From a virus (taxonomy: Duplodnaviria; Caudoviricetes): a stretch of DNA of 61,468 bases. Shown here piece by piece: positions 57,101-61,468 of this stretch. Below the pieces are notes generated by a model. That model was not told the origin of the DNA, made no database searches, and saw only the letters and a program-made list of their open reading frames with translations. Every line of letters begins with the position of its first letter. Positions within the stretch are counted from its first letter, which is position 1. Both the position numbers and the translations under genes were made by a program. The DNA lies in the IMG/VR virus record IMGVR_UViG_3300025308_000073, positions 1 to 61,468 of that record, one strand, 5' to 3'.

Positions 57101-59829
57101 ACACGGCGGGCGTGTCACAAGGTGTTATGGCATCACGCGCGCCCCAAGAAAAACAACCAAGCATCCTGCGCACGGCTAAGGCCGCCAGCATGGAGTCTGA
57201 CGTTTCGCTGATCGACAAGGTGGTTTCCGCTCCGTTCAAGCTGGTCGGATGGAATCGCATCGTTGAGCCTGCGATAGATCTGCTGATGGAACGCGCCGGT
57301 GAGTTCGTGCCGGAGAAGGTTAAGGCCGGGCTGGTATCCGACTACGGATTGGGCGCCGATTATATCGACCGCAAGGCGGAAATGAAGGCGGCAGAAGCGG
57401 CGCTCAACCGTAAATCCGCCGGGCTATCCGAAATGCTGGCCGGGCTGACGCGGGCAGAAAGCCGCATCGCCTACCAGTGGATGCAAGTCAAACCGGACGC
57501 CGCTACCGAAAAGGCGCTGCTGGAGCAACTGCCCGCGGATAGCCGCGACACCCTGGCGACGCTCAAGAAACTGATCTCGGACATGGGTAAGGAGGCGGTA
57601 CGCCTCGGCCAGATGTCGCGCGAAGCCTATGAGCGCAACAATATGTCCTATCTGCACCGCACCTATGCCAAGCACGTTCTGGACAAAGAGGGCGTGATTG
57701 GCAAGATGCTGCGTGCCCGCGCCCTGCGTATCAAGGGCAACCAATACAAGGGGCGGGGGATATTCGACGAAGTGAAGATGGACGCCATCGGCGGGGATCG
57801 TGAATTCTGGCGCAAGCTGCAACAAGGCCGTGCCGATAATTCGCTGGTCGGTGAGAAGGTGATCCGCTTCGAGCGCCGCGATGCCAGCACCGAGGCCATG
57901 GACGCGCTGCCGGGAATGACCAGCAAACCCATGGGCAGGTTGCATGAGGTGATCTACTGGCCGGCCAATCAGGCAGTTCCTGCCAAGTTTGGGGATTGGG
58001 TAAATGCCGGCACATTCGAGGTGCGCGGCACCAAAGGCGACAAGCTGGTGGTGTGGCGCGACTTCACCCCGGAAGAGCGTGAGCGCATGGGAGAACTGGA
58101 CGAAGTGCGCTACGCCGTGGCGCAGACCTTGCAGATGATGACGCACGACATCGAGGTGGGGCGGTTCTTCGAGTGGACGGGCAAGACCTACGGCAAGGTG
58201 AAGCCGGATGGGCGCGAGGTGGTTGCCAGCGAATCCATGCTGCACAGCTACGGCAAGGATGAATGGGTGCAGGTTCCAGCGGCGCTTATTCCAGGGACGC
58301 AAACCAGGAAGTACGGCGCGCTGGCCGGGCTGTATATCCCCGGCGCGGTATGGAACGACATTCGCCAAACAGCCGGAGCGTGGATCGAGCCGTTCGGCCA
58401 CACCCACGAGAAGGTGCTGCAATTCTGGAAAAAGTCGAAAACCGCATGGAGTCCTGCGGTTCACGCGAACAACGTGATGGCGAACTTCGTGATTGCCGAC
58501 TGGCACGACCTGCGCGCGTCCGATCTGGCCGAAGCATTAAAGGTGTGGGCGCTCAACAAAAAGGACGGCTACCGCGAGATTTACCAGCGCTTCGAGGATT
58601 CCGGCGCGCTGGGCGGCATGTTCCTGTCGAACGAAGCCTTGCGCGACGAGATCGCCAAGCAGCTTGAGTCGATGAAGGCCGAGCTGACCGGGGAGCTGGA
58701 AGCCAAGGACGAAATGACGCGCATGGCCAAGGTGATGCACCTGGTCACGATGGCCGGCATGGTTCCAGTGAAGGGTGCCAAGGCGTACACCAGCAACATG
58801 GAGGATGCCTACCAGTTCGAGGATGCGATATTCCGCCTGGCCGCATTTACCAAGGCAATCCGCTACGGTAAGAGCGACATTGAGGCCGGCCGCATCGCGC
58901 GCCACTCATTCCTGAACTACGACATCAACGCGCCATGGATACAGGCCGCGCGCCACACTGCGCTGCCGTTTATCTCGTTCTTCTACCGTGCGCTTCCGAT
59001 GGCTGTGAACACTGCCAAGGCAAAGCCGTGGAAGATACTCAAGCTGCTGGCGTTCTGGCAGATGGTGAACGCCATCGGATATGCAATGTCTGGAGGCGAC
59101 GAGGACGACGAGCGCGATCTGTTGCCGAAGGAAAAGCAGGGCGGGGTGTGGGGTGTCGTGCCGAAGATGGTGCGGATGCCGTGGAATCATGACGACGACG
59201 CGCCTTATTTCCTGGACATTCGCCGCTGGGTTCCGGTCGGCGACGTGGCCGACATGGAAATGGGTTCCGGTATGCTGCCGCCGTGGGCAACACCTGGCGG
59301 CGTGATCCCGTTGCTGGCTGAAGTGCTGTTGATGAACAAGTCGATATTCACCGAGAAGGAGATTGTGCAGGATACCGACACCGCAGGAGAGGCGCTGGAA
59401 AAGCGCATGGATCATCTGTTCAAGGGATTCATGCCGAACGTGCCATTACCGAACCCGCTCAACCTGCAAACACCGATGGGCGAGATCAACCCGCTTGGCT
59501 TGAGCCAAGGCAGCGGACAGTCATACGCATGGTCTGGCATCGAGAGGTCAGCGCTTAAGCGAGAAGGGCAGATAGGCGAGGTGCGAAACACGACAGCGGC
59601 CATTATCAGCGCATTTGGAGTGAAGGCATCTGCCTACCCTGCCGGCAATATGCAGGCTGCCAAGCAGATCGAGATGCGCAAGAATGTTGAAGAAATCAAG
59701 GATGCTATCAAAAAAATTCAGCGTAATTATGGAAACCTTGAAGAACCAACTGAGGCTGAGAATGCAAGATTCGAGCGAGATATTGAGCGGCAGCGTGGGA
59801 AGCTGGAAGAGGCGCAGTTGGAGCGGTAG
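45148..59829 (+). CDS. 4893-aa polyvalent DarB-like protein (ParB-like, PPase-like, RelA/SpoT-like, N6-MTase, SNF2 helicase, HD, metallopeptidase)
   Basis: NQPRDRSR/GGNGR (~46740-47400); IENPQGSER/YGY...GADGDHIDV (~48080-48480); GYRDV/EIQI (~49350-49790); LEPGAGIG/GNPPF (~50960-51760); AHAVGSGKT/VDEAH/QREGRIVRQGN (~53050-54850); EPYIMHP/AHDTVEDT/KLAD (~55590-56020); HEVVGH (~56700). Confidence 0.9.
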   Translation: MGKLLSDDEVFGTGAAPALMSDEEVFGGAVANESEPPKRGFIGSMASLAKDGIDSAITSARLSGDVATGNFDENAPKLIAGSLNVDQSGKPQEFKEVAESFAPAQQAKVAAGDWSEPLDNVGAVGQMLWNVGKQAVTNPKGLAYLTASQIANMAPSIAGMMAGAKGGAALGAVAAPVTGGASIPVGALVGGLAGGFSGEWPMEAGSEFIGIIGKELSTRNLAPNEQNVAALLADKGFMETAVSQARTKATVTSGIDSAMTLGAGRLVGAPGRAAERAARVELGAAATGAEIAKRAGEIVASRSMLQKTGNVSRAVGLDVAGGGLSEAGGQVAAYGEADYADVGMEMLGELGGAGIELPSAAWAAGKGIVRPAPTPDAKQPPPPARPGSLTSAANIAAQQGITPTPVPTEAIDAAELLGTPDDTAPPLAEAAQAPLAEPASMSILDEVTNGATSRPISTTLDTGSATGASDNTAGSDTNGVLQHDAATGAGRLGMPGTAVEDNGAGGVQSNGSNQPRHVGHPSEVVLPDNSALPAQWEVVDADQVTATLKEGKNQPRDRSRAAANAQVQGIANMPDYRRLADSPVMDVGAPTLSQDGAIVGGNGRFEGVSRAYDQGTAAEYRAHLEADAAAKGIDPATFSGMNKPVLVRRITQPFDTRALAVASNSGGSLQYSALEQAKIDGERMNSLGDIEVNDTGDVVMSGGNMANVRRALTGYNAAEMGSMTDKDGLLSQEGIRRIKNALLYKAYGNSSVLSRLVESADPDLKSVMGALVRSAGSVASVRADMKDGNKPADADIAEDLLSGVELLSKIKAQGSSVEQYMAQDAMFGKEYTKEAAAITRYLSDNIRSQKRMAEYIKSYYDGIANEDHLTGSMFETAPASKKERLDHAARQAAAGSATEQRPTERGRETTTPVVHAQDQHQSENAQRATVRDGAVQQDTGVTGDGTKAAPIKVEHHDHIKQAEQRVNTNPTDAQKKNGNYAMGHVVWNGLDITIENPQGSERSGTDANGKAWSVTMPASYGYLKRTEGADGDHIDVYLGKHLQSDKVFIIDQKHLGGGEFDEHKVMLGFPTLREAERIYKRGFSDGKGVERLGAITPISIGEFKEWIKTEDTTKPVAESLLTSYTQADIAKREQQDTTAEDQAAVDRAVEHSRNQPLSLSAQTQERSEGKTAQAGMFTPDGRATVAAEQSAKAKADADIQDALNDLGAIMRDLVGVQRIMPEDQQKLLPVLVRLFDAAFRKGYYDIREATRFVRNLLAESDATKAAAKFLPVSLMDQAAKEAAAKMPEGFFENQGLFNQAAPKQEAEHVQDRMTNADKKSDSRNFKLPALHEFVPADVLQRAHYLIVKTPKAKEPTISAEDRAAAEVALKPLIKKAEKAKPEFDRIVVEIAKDVGIGQMLADVKGVGRAAEKMVLEKGYSYRDLIGARQFDASKMRDLLRATVVVESYSDVDVVVAAIKARFAIEIDKKNGEERYKDRVANPTSEGYRDVMLNVVLKDGTIAEIQINIPAMLAAKDLGHDLHERARVLRNDDPLKAELDDAQKALYAPAYQASTRSTPHSLENSASVLGNKYPRVPISEPSETKSSLNGANTLPSGTTQSGSPLSVSQNFVPSGNLAPAIGNLSGNFISGSSKHTIAKNASEVHNADTGSGENTTQGAQHENRSAGAGSNEGKSATTAGAAQGKPKSGSVHPDFSGRHIVRNNHPVIADSDQARVQRPGQDAAGAGGDTQRGDTAGAGDRAGGAAGLPAGQPGTGAVGVVDGRAGRAVPAGRDIPAKTGGNYHFTEADLDYKGSWFTKAKQNVEAVELVKKLDKEGRKATRAEQAILAKFIGWGASEIRNNIFDTKLDAQLETLAKYDEAIASLGNKPYLTNSNYREYHPAFLVLQAKNPALSWYTAGNITKAMLDAAKPDKSVSDWGKLRDRLQAVMSDEDWKTAERSTQYAHYTGKEVVTEILRAADLLGFKGGSMLEPGAGIGVFPGLMNSAMANNSIYTGIEFDALTGAILQHLQPDERILVESFIDSALPDNFYDVAIGNPPFSDSKVLSDPRYKKHAFALHDYFFAKTMDKVKPGGLVMFVTSRHTMDKQGDKARQYLAERADLLGAIRLPQTAFQKNAGTEVVTDILFLRKKVPGETFEGHGWMGLEKIKIKGGDHLINEYFAKHPEMVLGEGALESGQFGKQYTVLPNKDVPTTELLAKAVDRLPRDVFRPAEESAAKAAQVRQLDFNPKAKKEGNYYVSDDGKLMQVENRLGVPADKVKGIDAPLVRSFVRLRDALNQTQYDQLNDGDWEASLKALQKEYKAFVRVHGNLLQNTVVERKAVVEDEDGNEVEDIISSRRFKLIPKLNDDPEYSKVLALETINDDTGEIKESDFLTKRTLDQRKESKISTPHDALLSSLNDLGRVDIPLIAQRIGLSEIETINSLGSAIYESPSNGWQMADEYLSGNVKAKLKEAEAAAKTDRGFARNVEALMNAQPSPVSPSDITTSLGMNWIPGEVYAQFLHEKTGVKANISYNEHTGNWNVSVISGNKTNRATVDWGTADRDAADIMEAGLTGRTIRITAKDPDTKATVFQPAATEAAIQKLKEMRQAFADWMWQDNERTEKLVTLYNDKFNTTVSRKFDGRHLTLPGTTTTISVFDHVKRGAWRIIQSGNTYLAHAVGSGKTWEMVISAMEQKRLGMISKPMMVVPNHMLQQFAQEWLQLYPSARLMVADEKQFHTDNRRRFIARVGMSDLDGVIITHSAFKLLDLDPEFKDKMMNEQLDYYRAALEEVQDAEGDTGDAKKSRSPKVRDIQNRIEKLEEKLKSAMSGEGKDKNVRFDEMGVDMLYVDEAHEYRKLEFSTVRQVKGISSTGSDRAFDLYMKTRWLEEKKPGRSLVLASGTPVTNTMAEMYSVQRFMQPKVLEEKGLQTFDAWASMFGEESTEIEADASGKYAPVTRFANIVNVPELTQMFREFADVLTSEHLAEMLGDKRPSVKYGARKLVITPQVDDYLDYKKELAARLEKSRKWKPSRDEPNNPDPVIRIIGDGRLAAIDMRFIDPSLPSDPASKLNVMADGVIKSYKKGADYTFKNKAGKEEETNGTTQMVFSDIGFGAGVAANRGFNARAWFEKRLRDAGIPPNQVVFMSDLKKSDAKQKAFKDMNSGRVRILVGSSKNMGTGVNAQQRLRALHHLDTPWYPADLEQREGRIVRQGNKNRNVRIFAYSTKGSYDTNMWQLLARKQRFIDQALSGDSSVRRLEDISETSQFQMATAMTAGDERAIRLAGLKSDIDRYQRLYRSHEETRMRLAQEIVRAKYAIEVAERKLPGAEKMAGKVQDLSGDKFAAKAGKTTYSKRKEWGEALLAKLKAYADTAKEGVEVVGEVSGMPIEIIGKIDRNNDGKVLGYYVRLEMKLGEDGAIIGRDPNDDAVGLSMRATNALAGVERKPEELRKTVLDAKAQISANESRTGAKFQFAQEMADKIKEAKELEAEMERDGKDHSNSELVQKAKAFAEKYHSEIDQRRKFTNEPYIMHPQGVVDILRTVPHTEEMLAAAWAHDTVEDTKVMLDDVRAELGDKVADLVEQLTKPYDISKMTPDAQTIKLADITHNALAAKDAPADFTRRYLPKKTAELELLKGGNQELWGKAKQAIEGDDVPLASVANKAQSDSYEVQPDTARNLPIDGATLVELRRAAAGIESAERGVTFTVSADGKAIVTGPARVKVPARFQRFANEHGLTLVVQRASAAGGFSNANTAMPTANREAGALYFGEMGTSHIDRTGRTRFSKAEQANPTPQTVESIKQATAKLRASWHGFKRVIIVQSVKEIPTELYLRALRAAKPIDQHSEGIYDPKTYTVYLVADNIASPERAVWVAIHEVVGHGGIRMLGSPVVDALIHAAKNGFVTKLAQAIATDRGEIFDARTHTDEAIAELAAATITGNVDAILERYGVKVPIGMRSNLLGMIRRVVDAVRQFIGRVTGKPIEEVSDGEVLGLIRQMKNAVEGKAQGYDTAGVSQGVMASRAPQEKQPSILRTAKAASMESDVSLIDKVVSAPFKLVGWNRIVEPAIDLLMERAGEFVPEKVKAGLVSDYGLGADYIDRKAEMKAAEAALNRKSAGLSEMLAGLTRAESRIAYQWMQVKPDAATEKALLEQLPADSRDTLATLKKLISDMGKEAVRLGQMSREAYERNNMSYLHRTYAKHVLDKEGVIGKMLRARALRIKGNQYKGRGIFDEVKMDAIGGDREFWRKLQQGRADNSLVGEKVIRFERRDASTEAMDALPGMTSKPMGRLHEVIYWPANQAVPAKFGDWVNAGTFEVRGTKGDKLVVWRDFTPEERERMGELDEVRYAVAQTLQMMTHDIEVGRFFEWTGKTYGKVKPDGREVVASESMLHSYGKDEWVQVPAALIPGTQTRKYGALAGLYIPGAVWNDIRQTAGAWIEPFGHTHEKVLQFWKKSKTAWSPAVHANNVMANFVIADWHDLRASDLAEALKVWALNKKDGYREIYQRFEDSGALGGMFLSNEALRDEIAKQLESMKAELTGELEAKDEMTRMAKVMHLVTMAGMVPVKGAKAYTSNMEDAYQFEDAIFRLAAFTKAIRYGKSDIEAGRIARHSFLNYDINAPWIQAARHTALPFISFFYRALPMAVNTAKAKPWKILKLLAFWQMVNAIGYAMSGGDEDDERDLLPKEKQGGVWGVVPKMVRMPWNHDDDAPYFLDIRRWVPVGDVADMEMGSGMLPPWATPGGVIPLLAEVLLMNKSIFTEKEIVQDTDTAGEALEKRMDHLFKGFMPNVPLPNPLNLQTPMGEINPLGLSQGSGQSYAWSGIERSALKREGQIGEVRNTTAAIISAFGVKASAYPAGNMQAAKQIEMRKNVEEIKDAIKKIQRNYGNLEEPTEAENARFERDIERQRGKLEEAQLER
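46493..46702 (+). CDS. possible nested +1-frame gene (69 aa) in a linker of the giant protein
   Basis: Main frame is low-complexity here and the alternative frame is protein-like; RBS weak. Confidence 0.35.
   Translation: MAQLLDLSPPRWILEARQAQAITPQEAIQMAFFNMMLQREPEGLECPEPLWRIMERVEFSRMEVTSRVM
47807..47971 (+). CDS. possible nested +1-frame gene (54 aa)
   Basis: RBS GAGAGG; MPHDKQPPDQQQSKDPLSEEEKQQLLSFMHKINTNPKMRNALLYAMEQSSKIPE. Confidence 0.4.
   Translation: MPHDKQPPDQQQSKDPLSEEEKQQLLSFMHKINTNPKMRNALLYAMEQSSKIPE
49797..50030 (-). CDS. nested antisense gene (77 aa), candidate antitoxin/immunity protein
   Basis: Minus-strand promoter, RBS GGAGG, then MKLPDRFPIAGAKFPEGTKFWETESGDPLCVVPDGRVF...; the main frame is Ser-rich filler here. 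Confidence 0.6.
   Translation of the reverse strand: MKLPDRFPIAGAKFPEGTKFWETESGDPLCVVPDGRVFAPFKDDFVSEGSEIGTRGYLFPKTEAEFSKECGVDLVEA
50050..50082. promoter_or_regulatory. divergent sigma70-like promoters inside the giant ORF
   Basis: Minus strand TGGACT-17-TATAGT with extended TG; plus strand TAGCAA-17-CATAAT (weaker). Confidence 0.55.
50126..50515 (+). CDS. nested +1-frame gene (129 aa), TnpV-like helical protein
   Basis: RBS AAGGAG; MRTDQLVLAAMKEKAPQLLAQLKESQSLDQYI...AREIVLAELL. Confidence 0.6.
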   Translation: MRTDQLVLAAMKEKAPQLLAQLKESQSLDQYIQTLAEDISSEITTLSLQIAIKHGYNDPDKTLPERVAIHNGAIPLAREIVLAELLDFPRDSPEQEPSESWTGVPDELFPQDGTSPPRRVAITTSRKPT

Positions 59830-60810
59830 TTAATCCAGCCGCCCGGCCATATCCGCAGCGCTCTCGTTGTAATAGACCATGAGCTGCTTTAGATCGCGGT
59901 GGCCGACCATGCGCGCCAGCGCCAGCACGTCCAACTTGCGCGCCAGCCGCGTGATCGCGGCATGCCTCAAGTCGTGGAACGTCAGTCCATCGATCTCTGC
60001 CATCTTCTTCGCCTTACGGAAGTTCGAGTCGATCTGCGCGGTGGACAAATTAAACACCGCGCTTTCGGTTCCCATCTGCCGCAGCAGCCGGATCGCCTCT
60101 GTGGATATCGGGACATCGCGCTCCGCTGCATCAGTCTTGCCGCTCTCAACGTGCAGGTAGCGCTTTTGAATGTGAACATTCTTCCAGTCGAGCGCGGCAA
60201 TTTCCCCGGCGCGCATGGCTGTTTCAATAGCGAACAGCATGGCCGCCCCCACCCTGGCGCCCACCGACTTCGGCATCACATTTGCGTTATATCCAAGCGC
60301 CACGGATAGCAGCTCAATTTCATTCGGCGTTGCGATCCTGTCCCTTGCCTTGCCGTGTGCCGGCACCTTTACGCCGCGCATCGGGTGTTCTTTCAGCCAG
60401 TGCCATTCATTGATGGCAGTGGAGCAGGCAGACGACAGCAGCACCCATTCCCGGCGCACACTGGCCGAAGTCACAGATTCAAGCCGCCTATCCCGCCACG
60501 ATGCGAAATCGGGCTGCTTGAGTTCGGCTAGTTTCACCTTGGCTATCTTGTCCCGCATGATAAGGTTGATGCGCAGGCGCTCCCAGCGCTCTCCCTTCTT
60601 GGTTGGCGATACCTCGTCGCGGTATTTTTCAAGAAGCTGCCCAAAGGTTTTGTTGGGAATGTCACCATGTTTTCCTGCTATGATGTCGGCCTCTACTTGT
60701 GCTGCCCAGGCCTGCGCCGCCGTCTTGGTCGGGTGTGTTTCGGATTGAACAACGCCTAACTTGCGCACGATTGCACGCCACGAGTCGCCGCGTTTTTGGA
60801 AGGTGGCCAT
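59830..60810 (-). CDS. int: prophage tyrosine integrase
   Basis: TAMRAGEI, FHDLRH, GHRD..QLMVYY; adjacent to att and the tRNA. Confidence 0.93.
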   Translation of the reverse strand: MATFQKRGDSWRAIVRKLGVVQSETHPTKTAAQAWAAQVEADIIAGKHGDIPNKTFGQLLEKYRDEVSPTKKGERWERLRINLIMRDKIAKVKLAELKQPDFASWRDRRLESVTSASVRREWVLLSSACSTAINEWHWLKEHPMRGVKVPAHGKARDRIATPNEIELLSVALGYNANVMPKSVGARVGAAMLFAIETAMRAGEIAALDWKNVHIQKRYLHVESGKTDAAERDVPISTEAIRLLRQMGTESAVFNLSTAQIDSNFRKAKKMAEIDGLTFHDLRHAAITRLARKLDVLALARMVGHRDLKQLMVYYNESAADMAGRLD

Positions 60811-60818
60811 TTTGAGTT

Positions 60819-60902
60819 TGGTACAGTTGTGGTGCAAAAATGGTACACCAAAAACCGGCAGTAAGCGAGAAAGCCCGTTAAAACGTGGTTTGATGTGGTA
60901 CA
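60819..60902. repeat. putative arm-type sites, right arm (TGGTRCA)
   Basis: At 60819, 60830 and 60841 (11-bp period) and at 60896. Confidence 0.55.
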
Positions 60903-60972
60903 AAAAAGCCAACAAAAAAGCCACTTCAATCGCTTGAAATGGCTTGATTACGGGGTTTTTAGACTGTTGTTG

Positions 60973-60993
60973 TGGTGCCCAGAAGAGGACTCG
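60973..60993. repeat. att core, right copy
   Basis: Identical to 1908..1928; forms the tRNA 3' end. Confidence 0.95.
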
Positions 60994-61057
60994 AACCTCC
61001 ACACCTTGCGGCACACGGACCTGAACCGTGCGCGTCTACCAATTCCGCCATCTGGGC
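60973..61057 (-). tRNA. tRNA-Leu(CAG)
   Basis: GCCCAGATGGCGGAATTGGTAGACGCGCACGGTTCAGGTCCGTGTGCCGCAAGGTGTGGAGGTTCGAGTCCTCTTCTGGGCACCA; 85 nt, long variable arm, anticodon CAG. Confidence 0.97.
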
Positions 61058-61136
61058 TTAGATTTGCTGAAGGCGCGCAATTTAATTGTTAAAGGATATA
61101 TTGTCAATGAATAATAATAAATGTTTTTCACGATTG

Positions 61137-61174
61137 CCCTTTCTCCCGCTTGCGGGGGAAAGTTGGATAGGGGG
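61137..61174. repeat. REP-like palindromic element
   Basis: CCCTTTCTCCCGCTTGCGGGGGAAAG...GGGG resembles the proteobacterial CCCTCTCCC..GGGAGAGGG repeats; single copy in this window. Confidence 0.45.
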
Positions 61175-61183
61175 CGCGAAGCG

Positions 61184-61468
61184 ATGAAAAAGAAAATTAA
61201 TTTACGCCTGCAAGACCCCTACCTGGAGCGCGAACGCGAGCAATACGAGCACCCGCTGCCAAGCCGCGAATTCATCCTGCAAATTCTTGCCGAGCAGGGT
61301 GTCCCGGTCAGCGATGAGGAATTGCTGCAATTGATACATATTGAAGCGCACGAAGAAGACTTGTTTGCGCGCCGCCTCAGGGCGATGGAACGCGACGGGC
61401 AGATCATGCGCAATCGCAAGCGTGCCATCTGCGTGATGGAAAAGCTTGATTTGCTCAAAGGCAAGGTA
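61184..61468 (+). CDS. rnr: ribonuclease R, 5' part (runs off the window)
   Basis: DPYLEREREQYEHPLPSREFIL...RRLRAMERDGQI..NR. Confidence 0.9.
   Translation, partial: MKKKINLRLQDPYLEREREQYEHPLPSREFILQILAEQGVPVSDEELLQLIHIEAHEEDLFARRLRAMERDGQIMRNRKRAICVMEKLDLLKGKV

Larger units (their letters stand above)
1908..60993. mobile_element. temperate podovirus-like prophage integrated in tRNA-Leu(CAG)
   Basis: 21-bp direct repeats, integrase at the right end and excisionase-like gene at the left end. Contains immunity, replication, lysis, terminase, portal, capsid, tail and ejection modules; no tape-measure or sheath gene recognised. Confidence 0.95.

Noticed and set aside
60811-61014. N-terminal extension of the integrase ORF to 61014
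   Set aside because: It runs through the tRNA, att and arm sites; homology with the other integrase starts at 60810.
61219-61464. Minus-strand 81-aa ORF
   Set aside because: Antisense shadow of rnr.

Overview
The window holds a complete-looking ~59 kb temperate podovirus-like prophage (1908..60993) in a betaproteobacterium-like host. It is integrated at the 3' end of tRNA-Leu(CAG) and bounded by a 21-bp direct repeat. To its left lies the edge of a second element with its own related integrase and a DinJ-YafQ toxin-antitoxin pair; to its right are the tRNA and the 5' end of rnr. The prophage has a lambdoid early/immunity/replication/lysis layout, P22-like terminase and portal, an N4-gp56-type capsid and a 4893-aa polyvalent DarB-like protein. 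Main observations: (1) There are two independent diversity-generating retroelements (DGRs). DGR2 is the classical tail-fibre type. DGR1 sits in the early operon, uses a MutS-I-like/Avd fusion accessory protein, and diversifies two non-structural CLec/FGE-fold proteins 4.9 kb apart, with a strong A-to-G bias. (2) Small genes with their own RBS and divergent sigma70-like promoters appear nested inside the giant gene, right after its RelA/SpoT-like domain; they are candidate internal antitoxin or immunity genes. (3) A C5-methyltransferase appears to carry motif IX in an overlapping +1-frame ORF. (4) The large terminase is split in two ORFs. All family assignments come from motif recognition by eye; no database search was run.
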